Assembly (NCBI RefSeq): GCF_001194135.2
Contig: NC_068984.1
Coordinates: forward strand, 25,817,912 to 25,865,894
DNA: 47,983 nt
Direction of reading: 5' to 3'
From: Octopus bimaculoides
Taxonomy: Eukaryota
The notes under the pieces were generated by a model. It worked only from the letters and a program-made list of their open reading frames with translations, was not told the DNA's origin and made no database searches. Positions 33,394 through 42,851 of this stretch are shown here, one piece after another; the stretch's first letter is position 1; the number at the start of each line of letters is the position of its first letter. A program made the translations under genes and the position numbers.

Positions 33394-36081
33394 GTACATG
33401 ACCACATGCAGATATACCCCATACTAAGTGATCTGTTGCTCCCTAATCCAAGCGACATAACTTCAATGACAAAATTTTCATTTCTGGGTTCTGACCTGGA
33501 TGCTTTCATTCCGTTTTTGTTTTACATCTGCAAGACCCACAGACCAGATATCACATTTTCAGACCTCCAGCGGAAAAGACCTATGCCAAATTATTCCTTT
33601 CGGCCTTTTCTGATGGTTGCCAGGATTATCTCAACTCCTGGTGTGAAACCAATTGGTAGAGTGGTTAATTTGAAAAGATAATATTGTATTGTTTGTTTTT
33701 CTGACTCATGGATTTTTAGACTACTATACATTTTCTCTTTTTTTTTTTTTTTGCAGTTGATCCTAATTTTTACAGTATGAATTTAGCTATGCTTGGCAAA
33801 ACACTGGTGCGCCTAAATGAAAATGATGACGCTCGTAAATATCTTAATAAAGTTTCAAGCTATGCAATACGAACTGTTGATGACAAAAAGGTGACGACTC
33901 TGCATTTTTCATTTGTTTATTTGATACCATGATTGTTTATTTGCAAATTATAAGTTGTTGTTGATGTTTAGTCCCAGCTCAGCACTGATCAAGCTGGTCT
34001 CTAATCAAAGGCTCTCCATCTATGACTATCCCATCTTTTTGTACATATAGGACTACATTTCCAATCTGTCCCTTTTTTCAAGACAGTAGTGTGTAATTTG
34101 AGCCAAAAACTGCATTTGAAAGGAGAGGTTTCCCTTTCAGACCCTATGATTAGCTGTTGATGCTTTGCAAAACTCATGCAAAACCCACACTGGAGTTGTT
34201 TCTGCTTCAACCTCCTGAGATCAGTTTTCACTAAGTACATCTACACCCATAAATGTATAAGTGCCTCTCTCAAAAGTACAACTTAGCACATTATTTACTT
34301 GACTGGTTGCAACTGATTTAGTTCTTATATTCACATTTATAAATAATCCTTGTAATTATTTTCACATTTCCATTATTCTTAAATTCATAAAGCTGTCTTA
34401 TGACTTGCATTTTATTGTTTAGTCATAGGAGAAGCAGTGCCTGTGATCTTTGCAAGCTTTCCAAGGCTGATGAGAGAATGGAGTTGTATGTCTAGTTTGA
34501 AAATCTGTCAGTTGATGTCTGTTAGAACATGAATGAGGAGGGAATTTCAGTTGACAGCAGCTCTGGAAGAGACAGAATGGGCAAAATGTTCAATAGAGGA
34601 TTTTGTAAGGGTGAGATATAGTAGAGAAGATAAGAGGCAGTTGTGTCCAGTTAATCTTGATAGAGTGATAGACAGCTAGTTAAGAGACGTGGAGGTCCTA
34701 TGACTGAGACAAGTAAACAATAAAAGATAAATATGTCATAATAAATCTCTGAGCGAGGTATAAACAGTAGCTGCATGACATCATAAAGTATATCTGCCAC
34801 TTACATGTGGCTAACCCTTAAGGGTGGATGCTACTGTTTGTAGCCCCAGGAGGATACCTCGTCCAGCTGGTTATTGGCACACTTTCTGTGCCCTATCAGT
34901 ATTCGAGATCAGTGACTTTTCGTCACTGGAAAAAGGATATATATATTTGCATTGGGAACCACTTCACACCGACAACCAGTGATTGTCACACGCTGATGAC
35001 GGGTCAATCCCCAGAAACTCGGATCCGTGTGTATCATGTCAGGTTGGAGATGGGAGATGCACACAAACATCCAAATATACACACAATACATACATAGACT
35101 CCAGAATCTACATCTAATAGAAGCTAATTCAGTTGATTGACAAAGACCCACTGTAACTACTGATTCACAGACATGATGTTTCTTCTTTGTCTTTTCTATT
35201 ACAACTGTACTAGCCTTTGTTTCTCTGATCTGGCTTGCTGCCTATCCGTCTATCAGTGGCTCGCTGGATATGCTCGCTTCTTTTTATTCCCACTGAATCT
35301 CCCCTTGCAAAATTCTCTCTCTCTCTCTCTCTCTTAGAGATGCTGTTAGTTTAGAATTTCCTCTGTGTTTGTTTTACCAACAGACATCGACTTACAGATG
35401 TTAAAACTAAGTATCAGCCTCATTCTCTCATCAGCGTCAGAGCGTTTAAAAAGGTCATTGCCTCTTCTATGACATTACAAAAGTAATGGAAAGCTTTGTC
35501 AATATAGGAACAATGAATATATTCAAATAATTACAGGGATAAATTACAAATATGTGACTAATAACAATAACGGCCTTATTTCCTGTAGTGCTCAAGTTCA
35601 CTAAAATAAGAGTTAGTACTAGGTTAGAACATTTGCAGCTTGTCAAGCAGACAAAGGGCAATGTTATACGTTGAGAAGCCCTCTAACTTGAACAATCTAG
35701 ATTTGTTAGCTTGCAATATCGAAAACCTAAGGGAAACAACTCTAAGTGGATCCTTTGAATGATACTCGAGTCTGGTCCCAACAAATTATGGATATATTTT
35801 ACGAAGTAAGAGATATATAAGTTAAATGGAACTATAATGACAGAAAGCTTGGTACAGACATGGATGCAGCAATTTAGAGCTCAGCTATAGAGATTGACCG
35901 AAATATAAAGAGCTCACCTCTAATTATGAAATAAATAAGAGATACCTACATAAATAACTTTGGTGAAACAGATAAATCTTTCTGTCAATTATAATTGAAA
36001 TATGAGAATAAAAGATATATTTCTTCTTTGTTTCAGGCTCATGAGGAGGCTGCGTCGTTATTAAAGAAAATCGGAAAATAA
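11616..36081 (+). CDS. RMDN1: Regulator of microtubule dynamics protein 1 (TPR-like RMD domain), spliced CDS, 9 coding exons, 843 nt, 280 aa
   Basis: Manual splice of GT-AG exons with matching phases gives MYPRALTL-VSLAAKKQ...MASETQ...FEKADQLHTAYETCKLYDLLKPYQNCEDDQLLWRLSRAAYDKAK...ALALNDKNYACHK-WYAILLDEIGQYEGLKIRISNAYLIKEHLL-KAVEFNPNDATCWHSLGYW-CFMFADMPWYQQKVASALFATPPTSTYEE-AKKYFLKAEEI-DPNFYSMNLAMLGKTLVRL...DDKK-AHEEAASLLKKIGK*. I recognise this as collinear with vertebrate RMDN1 (LLWRLARA, HKWYAI, NPKDATS, MPWYQRRIA, FATPPSSTYE, DPNFYSKNL). Confidence 0.95.
12911..13410 (+). mobile_element. SINE family A with assembly gap 13093-13343 at its microsatellite
   Basis: Head at 12911 and tail at 13344-13410. 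Confidence 0.9.
14205..14478 (-). mobile_element. SINE B2
   Basis: Same architecture as 9030-9352. Confidence 0.75.
16453..16684 (+). mobile_element. SINE family E, young full-length copy
   Basis: GGCAGCGAGCTGGCAGAA head, GTTCGAATTCCG box B, ctggggtcgatataatcgac core; CpGs intact. Confidence 0.88.
18843..19419 (+). mobile_element. Family C (probable RTE LINE 3' UTR) with internal ~40-50 bp subrepeats and (GAT)n tail; upstream part lost in gap 18743-18842
   Basis: Repeated cgtgccagtggca..aaaagcacc units; ends gcatggaaagcagacgttaaacgattatgatgatga. Confidence 0.8.
19714..20048 (-). mobile_element. SINE family A
   Basis: Reverse complement of the family A body. Confidence 0.85.
20370..20598. 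mobile_element. TTAA-ended MITE (piggyBac-like ends), family F
   Basis: TTAAACCTTTAGTATTT ... AAATGCTAAAAAGTTAA imperfect TIRs; opposite-orientation copy at 37155-37373; intact end TTAACCCTTTAGCATT at 33312. Confidence 0.7.
20941..21272 (-). mobile_element. SINE family A
   Basis: Reverse complement of the family A head and tail. Confidence 0.85.
21940..22246 (+). mobile_element. SINE family A, degenerate
   Basis: CpG-decayed match to family A. Confidence 0.75.
22592..22780 (-). mobile_element. Short hammerhead-bearing insert, probable Penelope-like/retrozyme fragment
   Basis: Bounded by (TA)n on both sides; contains the motif at 22683-22719. Confidence 0.55.
22683..22719 (-). ncRNA. Minimal type I hammerhead-like motif (GAAACGTC type)
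   Basis: TCTTT-CTGTTGA-A-GAGC-GTA-GCTC-GAAAC-GTC-AAAGA: helix I 5 bp, helix II 4 bp, palindromic ACGT in place of helix III, GUC triplet. Confidence 0.65.
23612..23720 (+). CDS. RMDN1: RMDN1 exon 3 (VSLAAKKQLHIQVGLFTPVTLLAVSMASETQETTPA), internal ATG at 23687
   Basis: ttttag| acceptor and CAG|GTTAGA donor; 109 nt, stop-free, phase-1 end matches the next exon. ATG 23687 has strong context agcATGg. Confidence 0.85.
24040..24305 (+). CDS. RMDN1: RMDN1 exon 4
   Basis: ttttcag| acceptor and AAG|GTAAAT donor; 266 nt; LLWRLSRA...KRALALND..YACHK. Confidence 0.96.
24413..24990 (-). mobile_element. Family C copy with 115-bp tandem units spanning gap 24754-24785
   Basis: (CAT)n tail at the left; acgaaggccagtcaggcgg recurs at 24610, 24725, 24847 and 24962. 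Confidence 0.85.
25003..25574. repeat. Long palindrome/fold-back element in RMDN1 intron 4
   Basis: Arms 25003-25246 and 25331-25574 are reverse complements (roughly 80% by eye); inner hairpin centred on CCTATAGG at 25313-25320. Confidence 0.85.
25943..26032 (+). CDS. RMDN1: RMDN1 exon 5
   Basis: tttcag| acceptor and TTG|GTGAGT donor; 90 nt; WYAILLDEIGQYEGLKIRISNAYLIKEHLL. Confidence 0.96.
27104..27495 (-). mobile_element. SINE A2, degenerate
   Basis: Reverse RTE-type tail at 27104 and reverse A head at 27370-27495. Confidence 0.65.
27614..27669 (+). CDS. RMDN1: RMDN1 exon 6
   Basis: tttccag| acceptor and TG|GTTAGT donor; 56 nt; KAVEFNPNDATCWHSLGY(W). Confidence 0.96.
27877..28189 (-). mobile_element. 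Family C (probable RTE 3' UTR), 5'-truncated
   Basis: (CAT)n cgtttaacgtccgctttccatgctagc... Confidence 0.85.
28461..28548 (+). CDS. RMDN1: RMDN1 exon 7
   Basis: ttcccag| acceptor and GAG|GTAAGT donor; 88 nt; CFMFADMPWYQQKVASALFATPPTSTYEE. Confidence 0.96.
28917..29140 (-). mobile_element. (CT)n(AC)n microsatellite plus reverse SINE A head
   Basis: (AC)n at 28927-28970 followed by ggacttctttcagtttcc...ccatgtggttgggaag. Confidence 0.75.
29662..29692 (+). CDS. RMDN1: RMDN1 exon 8 (31-nt micro-exon)
   Basis: tttcaag| acceptor and A|GTAAGT donor; AKKYFLKAEE; restores frame between exons 7 and 9. Confidence 0.93.
29893..30275 (-). mobile_element. SINE family B, full length, with 12-bp TSD TGTCATACATAT
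   Basis: TSD at 29882-29893 and 30276-30287. Confidence 0.92.
30283..30316. repeat. (TA)n microsatellite
   Basis: Direct reading; similar tracts at 13073, 22563, 38574 and 47666. Confidence 0.9.
30471..30661 (+). mobile_element. Mariner-derived MITE retaining the transposase C-terminus
   Basis: About 30-bp imperfect TIRs (TATAAGGAGATGCTGAGAAGTTCCTAGCTTT vs reverse TACAAGCAGGTGCTGAAAAGTTCGTGGCTTT) with TA on both sides; internal frame LQGLAKLKDCCNKCVNLGGEYVD*. Confidence 0.8.
31072..31322 (+). mobile_element. SINE family A, 3'-incomplete
   Basis: Head, microsatellite and start of the 3' half. Confidence 0.8.
31656..31840 (+). mobile_element. SINE B/B2 3' region
   Basis: tcaaagggccagccttgtcac...gtggagtgctcagccacttgcac...ggagtgtca. 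Confidence 0.8.
31862..32493 (+). mobile_element. Three head-to-tail SINE E copies (~31862, 32090, 32315)
   Basis: Each has gctggcagaatcatta...ctgagttcaa...ggggttgata; copies 2 and 3 share a near-identical tail. Confidence 0.75.
32497..32791 (-). mobile_element. SINE with family B-type head/body but a different 3' tail
   Basis: Reverse tRNA head at 32720-32791 and B-like agagtgagag.aagttgtg body; tail unrelated to B. Confidence 0.65.
33757..33890 (+). CDS. RMDN1: RMDN1 exon 9
   Basis: Long T tract + GCAG acceptor and AAG|GTGACG donor; 134 nt; DPNFYSMNLAMLGKTLVRL...RTVDDKK. Confidence 0.95.
34987..35031 (+). ncRNA. Minimal type I hammerhead-like motif, imperfect, in RMDN1 intron 9
   Basis: CACACG-CTGATGA-CGGGTCAATCCCCA-GAAAC-TCGG-ATC-CGTGTG: canonical CUGAUGA and GAAA, helix I 6 bp, helix II 3 bp. 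Confidence 0.5.
36037..36081 (+). CDS. RMDN1: RMDN1 last coding exon
   Basis: ttgtttcag| acceptor; AHEEAASLLKKIGK* with TAA at 36079-36081. Confidence 0.92.
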   Translation, partial: AHEEAASLLKKIGK

Positions 36082-36401
36082 TTAGACACATTTGTTTTTG
36101 ACATAAAATCATCACATCAAATTTGAACAAAAGACTATTGAAGTTTTTTTTTTTTCCTTCATTCATTATCATACAAAATTCGATACACTAGACTTCTAAT
36201 TTCTTAATATTATTGATTATTTTCGCCAACTTAATGTCAATTGAATAGTTAAATTTACATATATTTTACATACATATCGATGCCAAATTGATACTGAGGA
36301 AACAATAAAGTTTTTTGGGATTTTATTAATATTTTGATGCCAACCTGGTGTTGAGCAGACTACGTTTTTGCCCACGAAAATTTGTTCCTACATTAAACCG
36401 A

Positions 36402-36412
36402 AATAAAATAAA
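36402..36412 (+). terminator. Tandem polyadenylation signals AATAAA (36402-36407, 36407-36412); another at 36304-36309
   Basis: Canonical hexamers 220-330 nt after the RMDN1 stop codon. Confidence 0.55.
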
Positions 36413-36438
36413 ACTGTTTATTGGTTTTAATATTGTCA

Positions 36439-36480
<42 letters not shown>

Positions 36481-36696
36481 CAAAACAAAAACGATTAAAG
36501 TATTGCTGAGTTAGCAACTACTGATAATTTTCATATATTACTGAAATTTGAATTTCATAATTTATATGAATAAATTATTTACTCAACAATGTAGTTTAAC
36601 TGCAGAGTATTTCAGGTTACACTGATTTATTTTTGTGGGTGTCTTTTTTAATTAAATATGGAAATATATCTGGTAGAATCATCTATAAGATAGGTC

Positions 36697-37035
36697 CAAG
36701 TGTGGCTATGTGGTTAAGAAGCCGGCTTTGCGACCACCTGGCTTTGGATACAATCCCATTGCGTGGCACCTTGGAAAAATGTCTTCTACTATAGCCCTGG
36801 GCTGACTAATGCTTGGTGAGTGAATTTGGATGTTTGAAACTGTGTGAAAGCCTGTCATATTTATGAGTGTGTGTCTTTGTTTGTTCCCCAACACTACTTA
36901 ATAAAGTGTTGGTTTGTTTATGTCCCTGTAACTTAGCAGTTTGGCAAAAGAGACAGAATATGTACTGCAATTGATTTCATCGATTAAAACCTTCAAGAAG
37001 CGTCCATGCAGTCCAATGACTAAAACAAAAGATAC
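36697..37035 (+). mobile_element. SINE family A, degenerate
   Basis: gtggctatgtggttaag head; gtcttctactatagccc core. Confidence 0.8.
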
Positions 37036-37154
37036 AAGAAAGATCAGTTATATTAAGTGCACTTCTATATATATCCTGATACAGACAATACTGAAATAAG
37101 TAGAGGCATGGTGGTATGCCTAAGGAATTCATTTTGTTAAAATGGTTCTAGGTG

Positions 37155-37373
37155 TAACTATTCAACATTCAGATTACTCTGTCAAATGTTATGCTTATTC
37201 ATTCACATTGTTTTGAATTAATCATGCATTATCTTGTAGCTTTGAGATTTCTGTGTGATAGTTTTACTTTTAGAGTGACATTGTAGGGTGGGTATGAGAG
37301 GCTGGATCTGGTCTGTTTCAACATAAAACAAGTAGAATATTTCTGCTGGATATGACTAGTTTAAATGCTAAAG
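37155..37373. mobile_element. MITE family F; right end abuts a hAT-like CAGTGGTTCCCAA terminus at 37374
   Basis: Reverse match to 20370-20598. Confidence 0.65.
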
Positions 37374-37685
37374 CAGTGGTTCCCAAGGTGGGCAGTGGAA
37401 AGATCCAGGAGGGCATTGAAAAAAATGGGGTGATAATGAGGTAGCCAAAAGGGGTCAATGGATGTAAAAAAAACCCCACCAAAATAATGGGTTGATTTGG
37501 CTAAACTTTATTTGCGAAATAGTTATTTTGAATTTGCTGCAGAAAGTGGTCTATGTCTGTGGTGGTGAGTGGGGGAGAGGGGTGCTAGGAATGTAGCCTG
37601 GGTGCCAAGTGGGTGACAGCTTGGAGTCAATATTAAATTGACCTCAGTATTTAACTGGTATTTTATTGACTCCAGAAGGATAATC

Positions 37686-37995
37686 CTAGTAATGAGCTTG
37701 TAGTATACAGCGCTCAGGTGCACTACAACTTGCCACAAAAGGTTAAGATAGGAGAGAGAAAGCATACAGTCAAGTAAAGAAAGACAACAATGCATAGTAC
37801 ACAGAATAAAACATGAAAAGAGAGAAAAGTGAACATTAAAAGAGTCATAAAGAGGAAAGTGTGTATAGGCACATCAAGAGGGATGTTGGTGAATTTTGAG
37901 AAACTTGGAATTTTTTGAAGGATACAGTGCTTTGACAGGTGATAACTGATGTGAGTGGTTTATTCTATACTTCAACAATTTTGAGCATGAAAAAA
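37686..37995. repeat. Family D, uninterrupted copy
   Basis: agtcaagtaaagaaagaca..., gttggt.aattttg.gaaac... match 2070-2810. Confidence 0.65.
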
Positions 37996-38572
37996 GCATT
38001 CCCAAATGTCATTGACACTGTGCGTGTTTTTGATTTTTATAAGTATGTTTATTAGTGGTAGAGATATTGAATTCAAAGAGTGGCAAAAGTTGTAAAGGTG
38101 GTGAATGAAGGGCCAAGCTAAATTTTTCGTGGAATTTGAACTCAGAATGTAAATACAGTAAAATATTTGGTATGATGCTCTATCAGCTCTGCCAATCCAC
38201 CATCTACATTATAAAATATTGAAAGCAGATGCTGTTTTACTTTTTAAATTATTATTTCACTAATTTTGTTAGATTTTCAAAAGTATTTCAGTTGTGGAGG
38301 TAACATGCTGCACGTCTGCTTTACTGATTAGTAAAGCAGGAGTTCAAATTCAGCTCCTTCTTTTGAGTACAGCTATTACAATGAAAATATGACACATAAT
38401 CTGTTTGTTTTCAAAACGGTTACAGATTTTTATTGGTGCACTGCATTTATGAAGGCAGGTGAGACAAGAGAGTATCTATGCATTTTTTCCTGAACGGATA
38501 CCAACATGGATTTCAGTTCATAAGCTTATTAATTTATATGATGCTGTTTATATCTTTTGCTGATGAAAGCTC

Positions 38573-38612
<40 letters not shown>

Positions 38613-40165
38613 TACAAATTAGTGTCTTTTACTGTAGCCTCGGTTGATCAGTAGCTTGTGATTAGATGTTTGCACAGATGTATGGAACAGATATATGCAC
38701 ACACATGCACATTTCATTATCAAATTCCCCTCATAAAATATTTTTTGCACAAGGCTATGGGTGGAAAACATTTGCCCAAGGTGCTATGCAAGAGTATCAA
38801 ATCTGTAATCAAGTGATTATGTAACAAATTTCTTAAGTGCACAACCATACCTGATATTTAGACTTTGATTCGATAATAATGTATTAACTCATTATAATAG
38901 AACTGACATTTATGAATGACTTTGCTGTTGATGTCTGTATACCAAATACTTGAAAATAATTGGTGATGAGAATCTGTTACTATTTTACTATTGTTGATTT
39001 GAATTCATAAATGTATCATTGCTTTTGTCAGCTTTTGTTATTCTTTCATAAACTGTATTTTCTCCTAGTTGTATTCACATACATTGCTTGTGCCCTTGGG
39101 CAGGACATGAATATCATGCAGTCTTATTTATTATCTTGTATAATTATGAAATTGATTAGTACTCTCTAAAAGAAATCATTTTGTTATATCTTTTTGCACT
39201 TTGGGTTTTGTTTTTGATACCTGGGAAGGCAAGTTCACTTTATTTATGCGATACACAAATTTTTAAAGCAGTCTTGGGTAGCCTGAAACTGTGAAACTTA
39301 CTGAATGGCACACCAATGAAAAATTCCCTTAAATCTTTTAGCAATGTTGCCTACCTGTTGACGAGCTATGTCTCATGCAGCCTGCTTCTCCAAAAATGTT
39401 GCTTATATCTGCTTTAAAGTATCTAGTGTAGTAACACAACATGTTCCAAGACTAGGTACCTTTCATCAACACCAATTACTACTGATTGGTACATCCATTA
39501 AGTCTCTTTAAAATATCACAGCTGGTGACCTCTGTAATGTATTCCAAAACTGACTGACAAGTTAAAACTTGCTGCAAGTTAAGAACATCAGACGATAAAC
39601 AGATAATTACTTGCTGATTGGTTGGCAGCAATTAAATAGCAGTTAAATGAAAATTTGTGTTGGGTCAACACCCCTAGCCGGAATAAAAGCAAAGTTACAG
39701 AAGCTTTGAAACAAACCAACAAGACCTGAGGGAAGAAGGAAAGACAGCCTAGAGTTGAGAACTGAGGAAAAGTCATCAATGGCCTCCTATGCAAAGGATT
39801 TAAGTAAAGTAAATGAAAACACTAAAAATCCAGTCGCCTGTGTTTTTTGTGTTTTTGCAACAAAAATTTATTTCCCTGATCAAGATACATAGAAAAAATG
39901 AAAAGAAAGAAAAGTATGGCAGTCAAGTGAGCAAAAACATGACTGATATATTTGATATAATGATAAAGACAAAGCAAACAAGTTGGATATTTAGTTCATT
40001 TGTGGTGACAGCTTGAAGAATTTTTTTTCTTGGATTTCTTACCAGATATATTGCTCCATGTGTTTCTGCTCCTCAATTTCTGACATTGCTAGCAAGTAGG
40101 GTGGTGGAGAAAGAAAGCTGCTCCCTACTGCAAATGTCATTGTAATAATTTCCTTTTTCCTTATA

Positions 40166-40405
40166 TACAGGGTGGCCCAAAAGTAGGTTTACAGTTATTC
40201 AACTATCTCTTTTGCATTCATATATTAACAGTTTAGATCTTAATTATAAAAAAAACATGAAACCATTATTCTATGCTAATTTAGTTAATTTTGTCAAGCT
40301 CCCATTTCAGTTTGTAAGATAGAAATTTAAATGTAATAAAATGTTTTAAAAGAGATTTAAAGTGCCTATGTGATAACTGTAAACCTACTTTTGGGTCACC
40401 CTGTA
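40166..40405. mobile_element. Young Tc1/mariner-type MITE (236 bp plus TA TSDs)
   Basis: 31-bp TIRs at 40168-40198 and 40373-40403 with 1 mismatch (CAGGGTGGCCCAAAAGTAGGTTTACAGTTAT); TA on both sides. Confidence 0.92.
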
Positions 40406-41511
40406 TGTATATATCAATCCTTTGTAGTCTGTTTTTTGATTATTGTTATTCTGTTAACAAACTAACTCTGACACAAGGTCTTTTTCAATGTGTTGTTGAA
40501 CTCTTTTGCTCTATTATGCTGTTAATATCTTTAGGAAAAACAAAATGGTTATGATTTCTCATTTCAGCTTACCTTGATAATTTGGAATCTTACAGGCCAA
40601 TGAGGGAGCCTCTTGAACAAACAGTCAAATCTCCCTCAAATCACACCACGGTATTAGAAAAAGAAGACTCTTTTGGTTATGTAGATTCACAAAAGCATCA
40701 CTTCAGATTTATCAACCATGTCTCTTTCAACAGTAAAGAAACAATTGTTACTCATATCAATGAAAAAAATGGTACCACATTCTTTTTAATTATGAACAGT
40801 TTTAATTATAGAGCCCTCAAAATCATCCAATTGTTGGATCTTGCTTTCACCAAGGATCTATCCTGCTGAAAGCACCCTCATAACATTGCTAGAATTGTAT
40901 CCCAATGATTGGCTCTTTCTTTCAGGGTCAGAAGATACTTTGTTTCTCAATAATTGATACTCAACAAAACTCAGGTGAAGCACACGGCTGAGTATTACTC
41001 TCACATTTAGGATATTACCAAGAAACCTGACTGATTGGCATAAAGTCATTAATAGACACAGTGCTGAGTCCTTTCTCTATATTTTCTCTAGCTACTATTT
41101 GGAACTGGCTGGGATCATGTCATATAACAAGTGAATTTTTTTGGTTTTATTTAGAGATTGACCTTGTGTTCTTATAATCTATTATAATTCTGCTTGTCAT
41201 TGTGTTACTTAGCCCATCGATAATGCTTTCATGTGAAAGAGGGAGACAAGTGTCCATGATGTGAGGTAGATGGAATGTAATTGTAATGCTTTCATGTGAT
41301 TAATTGAAGGGAAAGAGAGGAGAAAGGAAAAGAGGATAAGGTGAAGAGTGAGGCAGAAAAAGTGGGAGAGAGAAGCATCCTTGACATGAAGTAGGGGGAA
41401 TGTAATATTTATTATGTGGTTAAAAAAGTTAGTCGAAGGTAGAGAAGGAGAGTTAAAAATATAATTTTAGCAGAGGTGGTGGGGATGTTCTGATGGTGAG
41501 GTTAAAGAAAG

Positions 41512-41516
<5 letters not shown>

Positions 41517-41550
<34 letters not shown>

Positions 41551-41576
41551 AAGATGGTGGTGGTGGTGGTGGTGGC
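41517..41576. repeat. (GA)n and (TGG)n microsatellites
   Basis: Direct reading. Confidence 0.9.
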
Positions 41577-41990
41577 TGTGGTGATTGGATAGTGCAAAGT
41601 GTATTTTAAAAAAAATTGAAATAAGTCTTTTATATCACCCATCACTTAATGTATGCACATAAGTGCAATTCGGTGAAATATCCACACTTATTTATGTAGC
41701 AGATACATGCAATTTNNNNNNNNNNNNNNNNNNNNNNNNNNNNNNNNNNNNNNNNNNNNNNNNNNNNNNNNNNNNNNNNNNNNNNNNNNNNNNNNNNNNN
41801 NNNNNNNNNNNNNNNNNNNNNNNNNNNNNNNNNNNNNNNNNNNNNNNNNNNNNNNNNNNNNNNNNNNNNNNNNNNNNNNNNNNNNNNNNNNNNNNNNNNN
41901 NNNNNNNNNNNNNNNNNNNNNNNNNNNNNNNNNNNNNNNNNNNNNNNNNNNNNNNNNNNNNNNNNNNNNNNNNNNNNNNNNNNNNNNNNN

Positions 41991-42300
41991 AAGTGTCTTC
42001 TACTATAGCCTCGGGCCGACCAAAGCCTTGTGAGTGGATTTGGTAGACAGAAACTGAAAGAAGCCCGTCGTATATATATATTTATGTGTGTTTGTGTGTC
42101 TGTTTGTCCCCCCAGCATCGCTTGACAACCGATGCTGGTGTGTTACGTCCCCGTAACTTAGCAGTTCAGCAAAAAGAGACCGATAGAATAAGTACTAGGC
42201 TTACAAAGAATAAGTCCTGGGGTCGATTTTCTCGACTAAAAGGCGGTGCTCCAGCATGGCCACAGTCAAATGACTGAAACAAGTAAAAGAGTAAAAAGAG
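41991..42300 (+). mobile_element. SINE family A (head lost in gap 41716-41990)
   Basis: Core, microsatellite and tail intact. Confidence 0.9.
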
Positions 42301-42599
42301 GGAAAAATGGAAAAATAAGAGTAAATGTTTATTTTATGAGTGCTGTGCATTAAGTCTATAAAATTGTGTATAAAGTGTATATATAAAGTGCATTAAGTAA
42401 TCATCATATTCCAATTTCTTTCACTTTTCAATGAGTAGCAGACGGGCACCTATCTTTCCTTACAAACACAACACAGGCCACGCTTTCAGGTTTTTTGGCT
42501 AAAGTTTTCAGAAACAACCCAATAGGTTTACCATTAATTTCGTGAAATATGCATAGGTCCCACTAGTATATTTATATATATCATATCAATATCAAAATG

Positions 42600-42850
42600 T
42601 TTCTAAGCTATCATCGACAACCTTGCAGATATAGGTTCTCCATTCTCTATCATCTGGATATTAGCAATGAAGTCTTCCTGCTTCCTCAACCTCTCTCCTC
42701 CAACTGCCACCAATCTTTACATTGATGACACCTTTTTGACTTTACCTGTCTCTGAAGAAGTTGTCATTCAATGCTCATAACTCTTTTTGACTCTCACGCA
42801 TCCACCATGGATGCTGCCATTGCTAGTTCTAAGAAAAAAATTCTGGGTTC
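42600..42850 (+). mobile_element. Decayed CR1/L2-like LINE RT C-terminal remnant
   Basis: Frames NLYIDDTFLTL and DSHASTMDAAIASSKKKILG resemble the l.Idg..l...LGv.fDs.L.f..Hi..i..ka.k.lG region; frameshifted. Confidence 0.35.
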
Positions 42851-42851
42851 A

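Noticed and set aside
33337-33681. 114-aa ORF sharing LGSDL.AF with the start of the 5136-6053 ORF
   Set aside because: The match is too short to separate from chance, and there is no domain evidence.
40858-41049. 63-aa minus ORF as last exon of a convergent gene
   Set aside because: No polypyrimidine acceptor and no recognisable homology.
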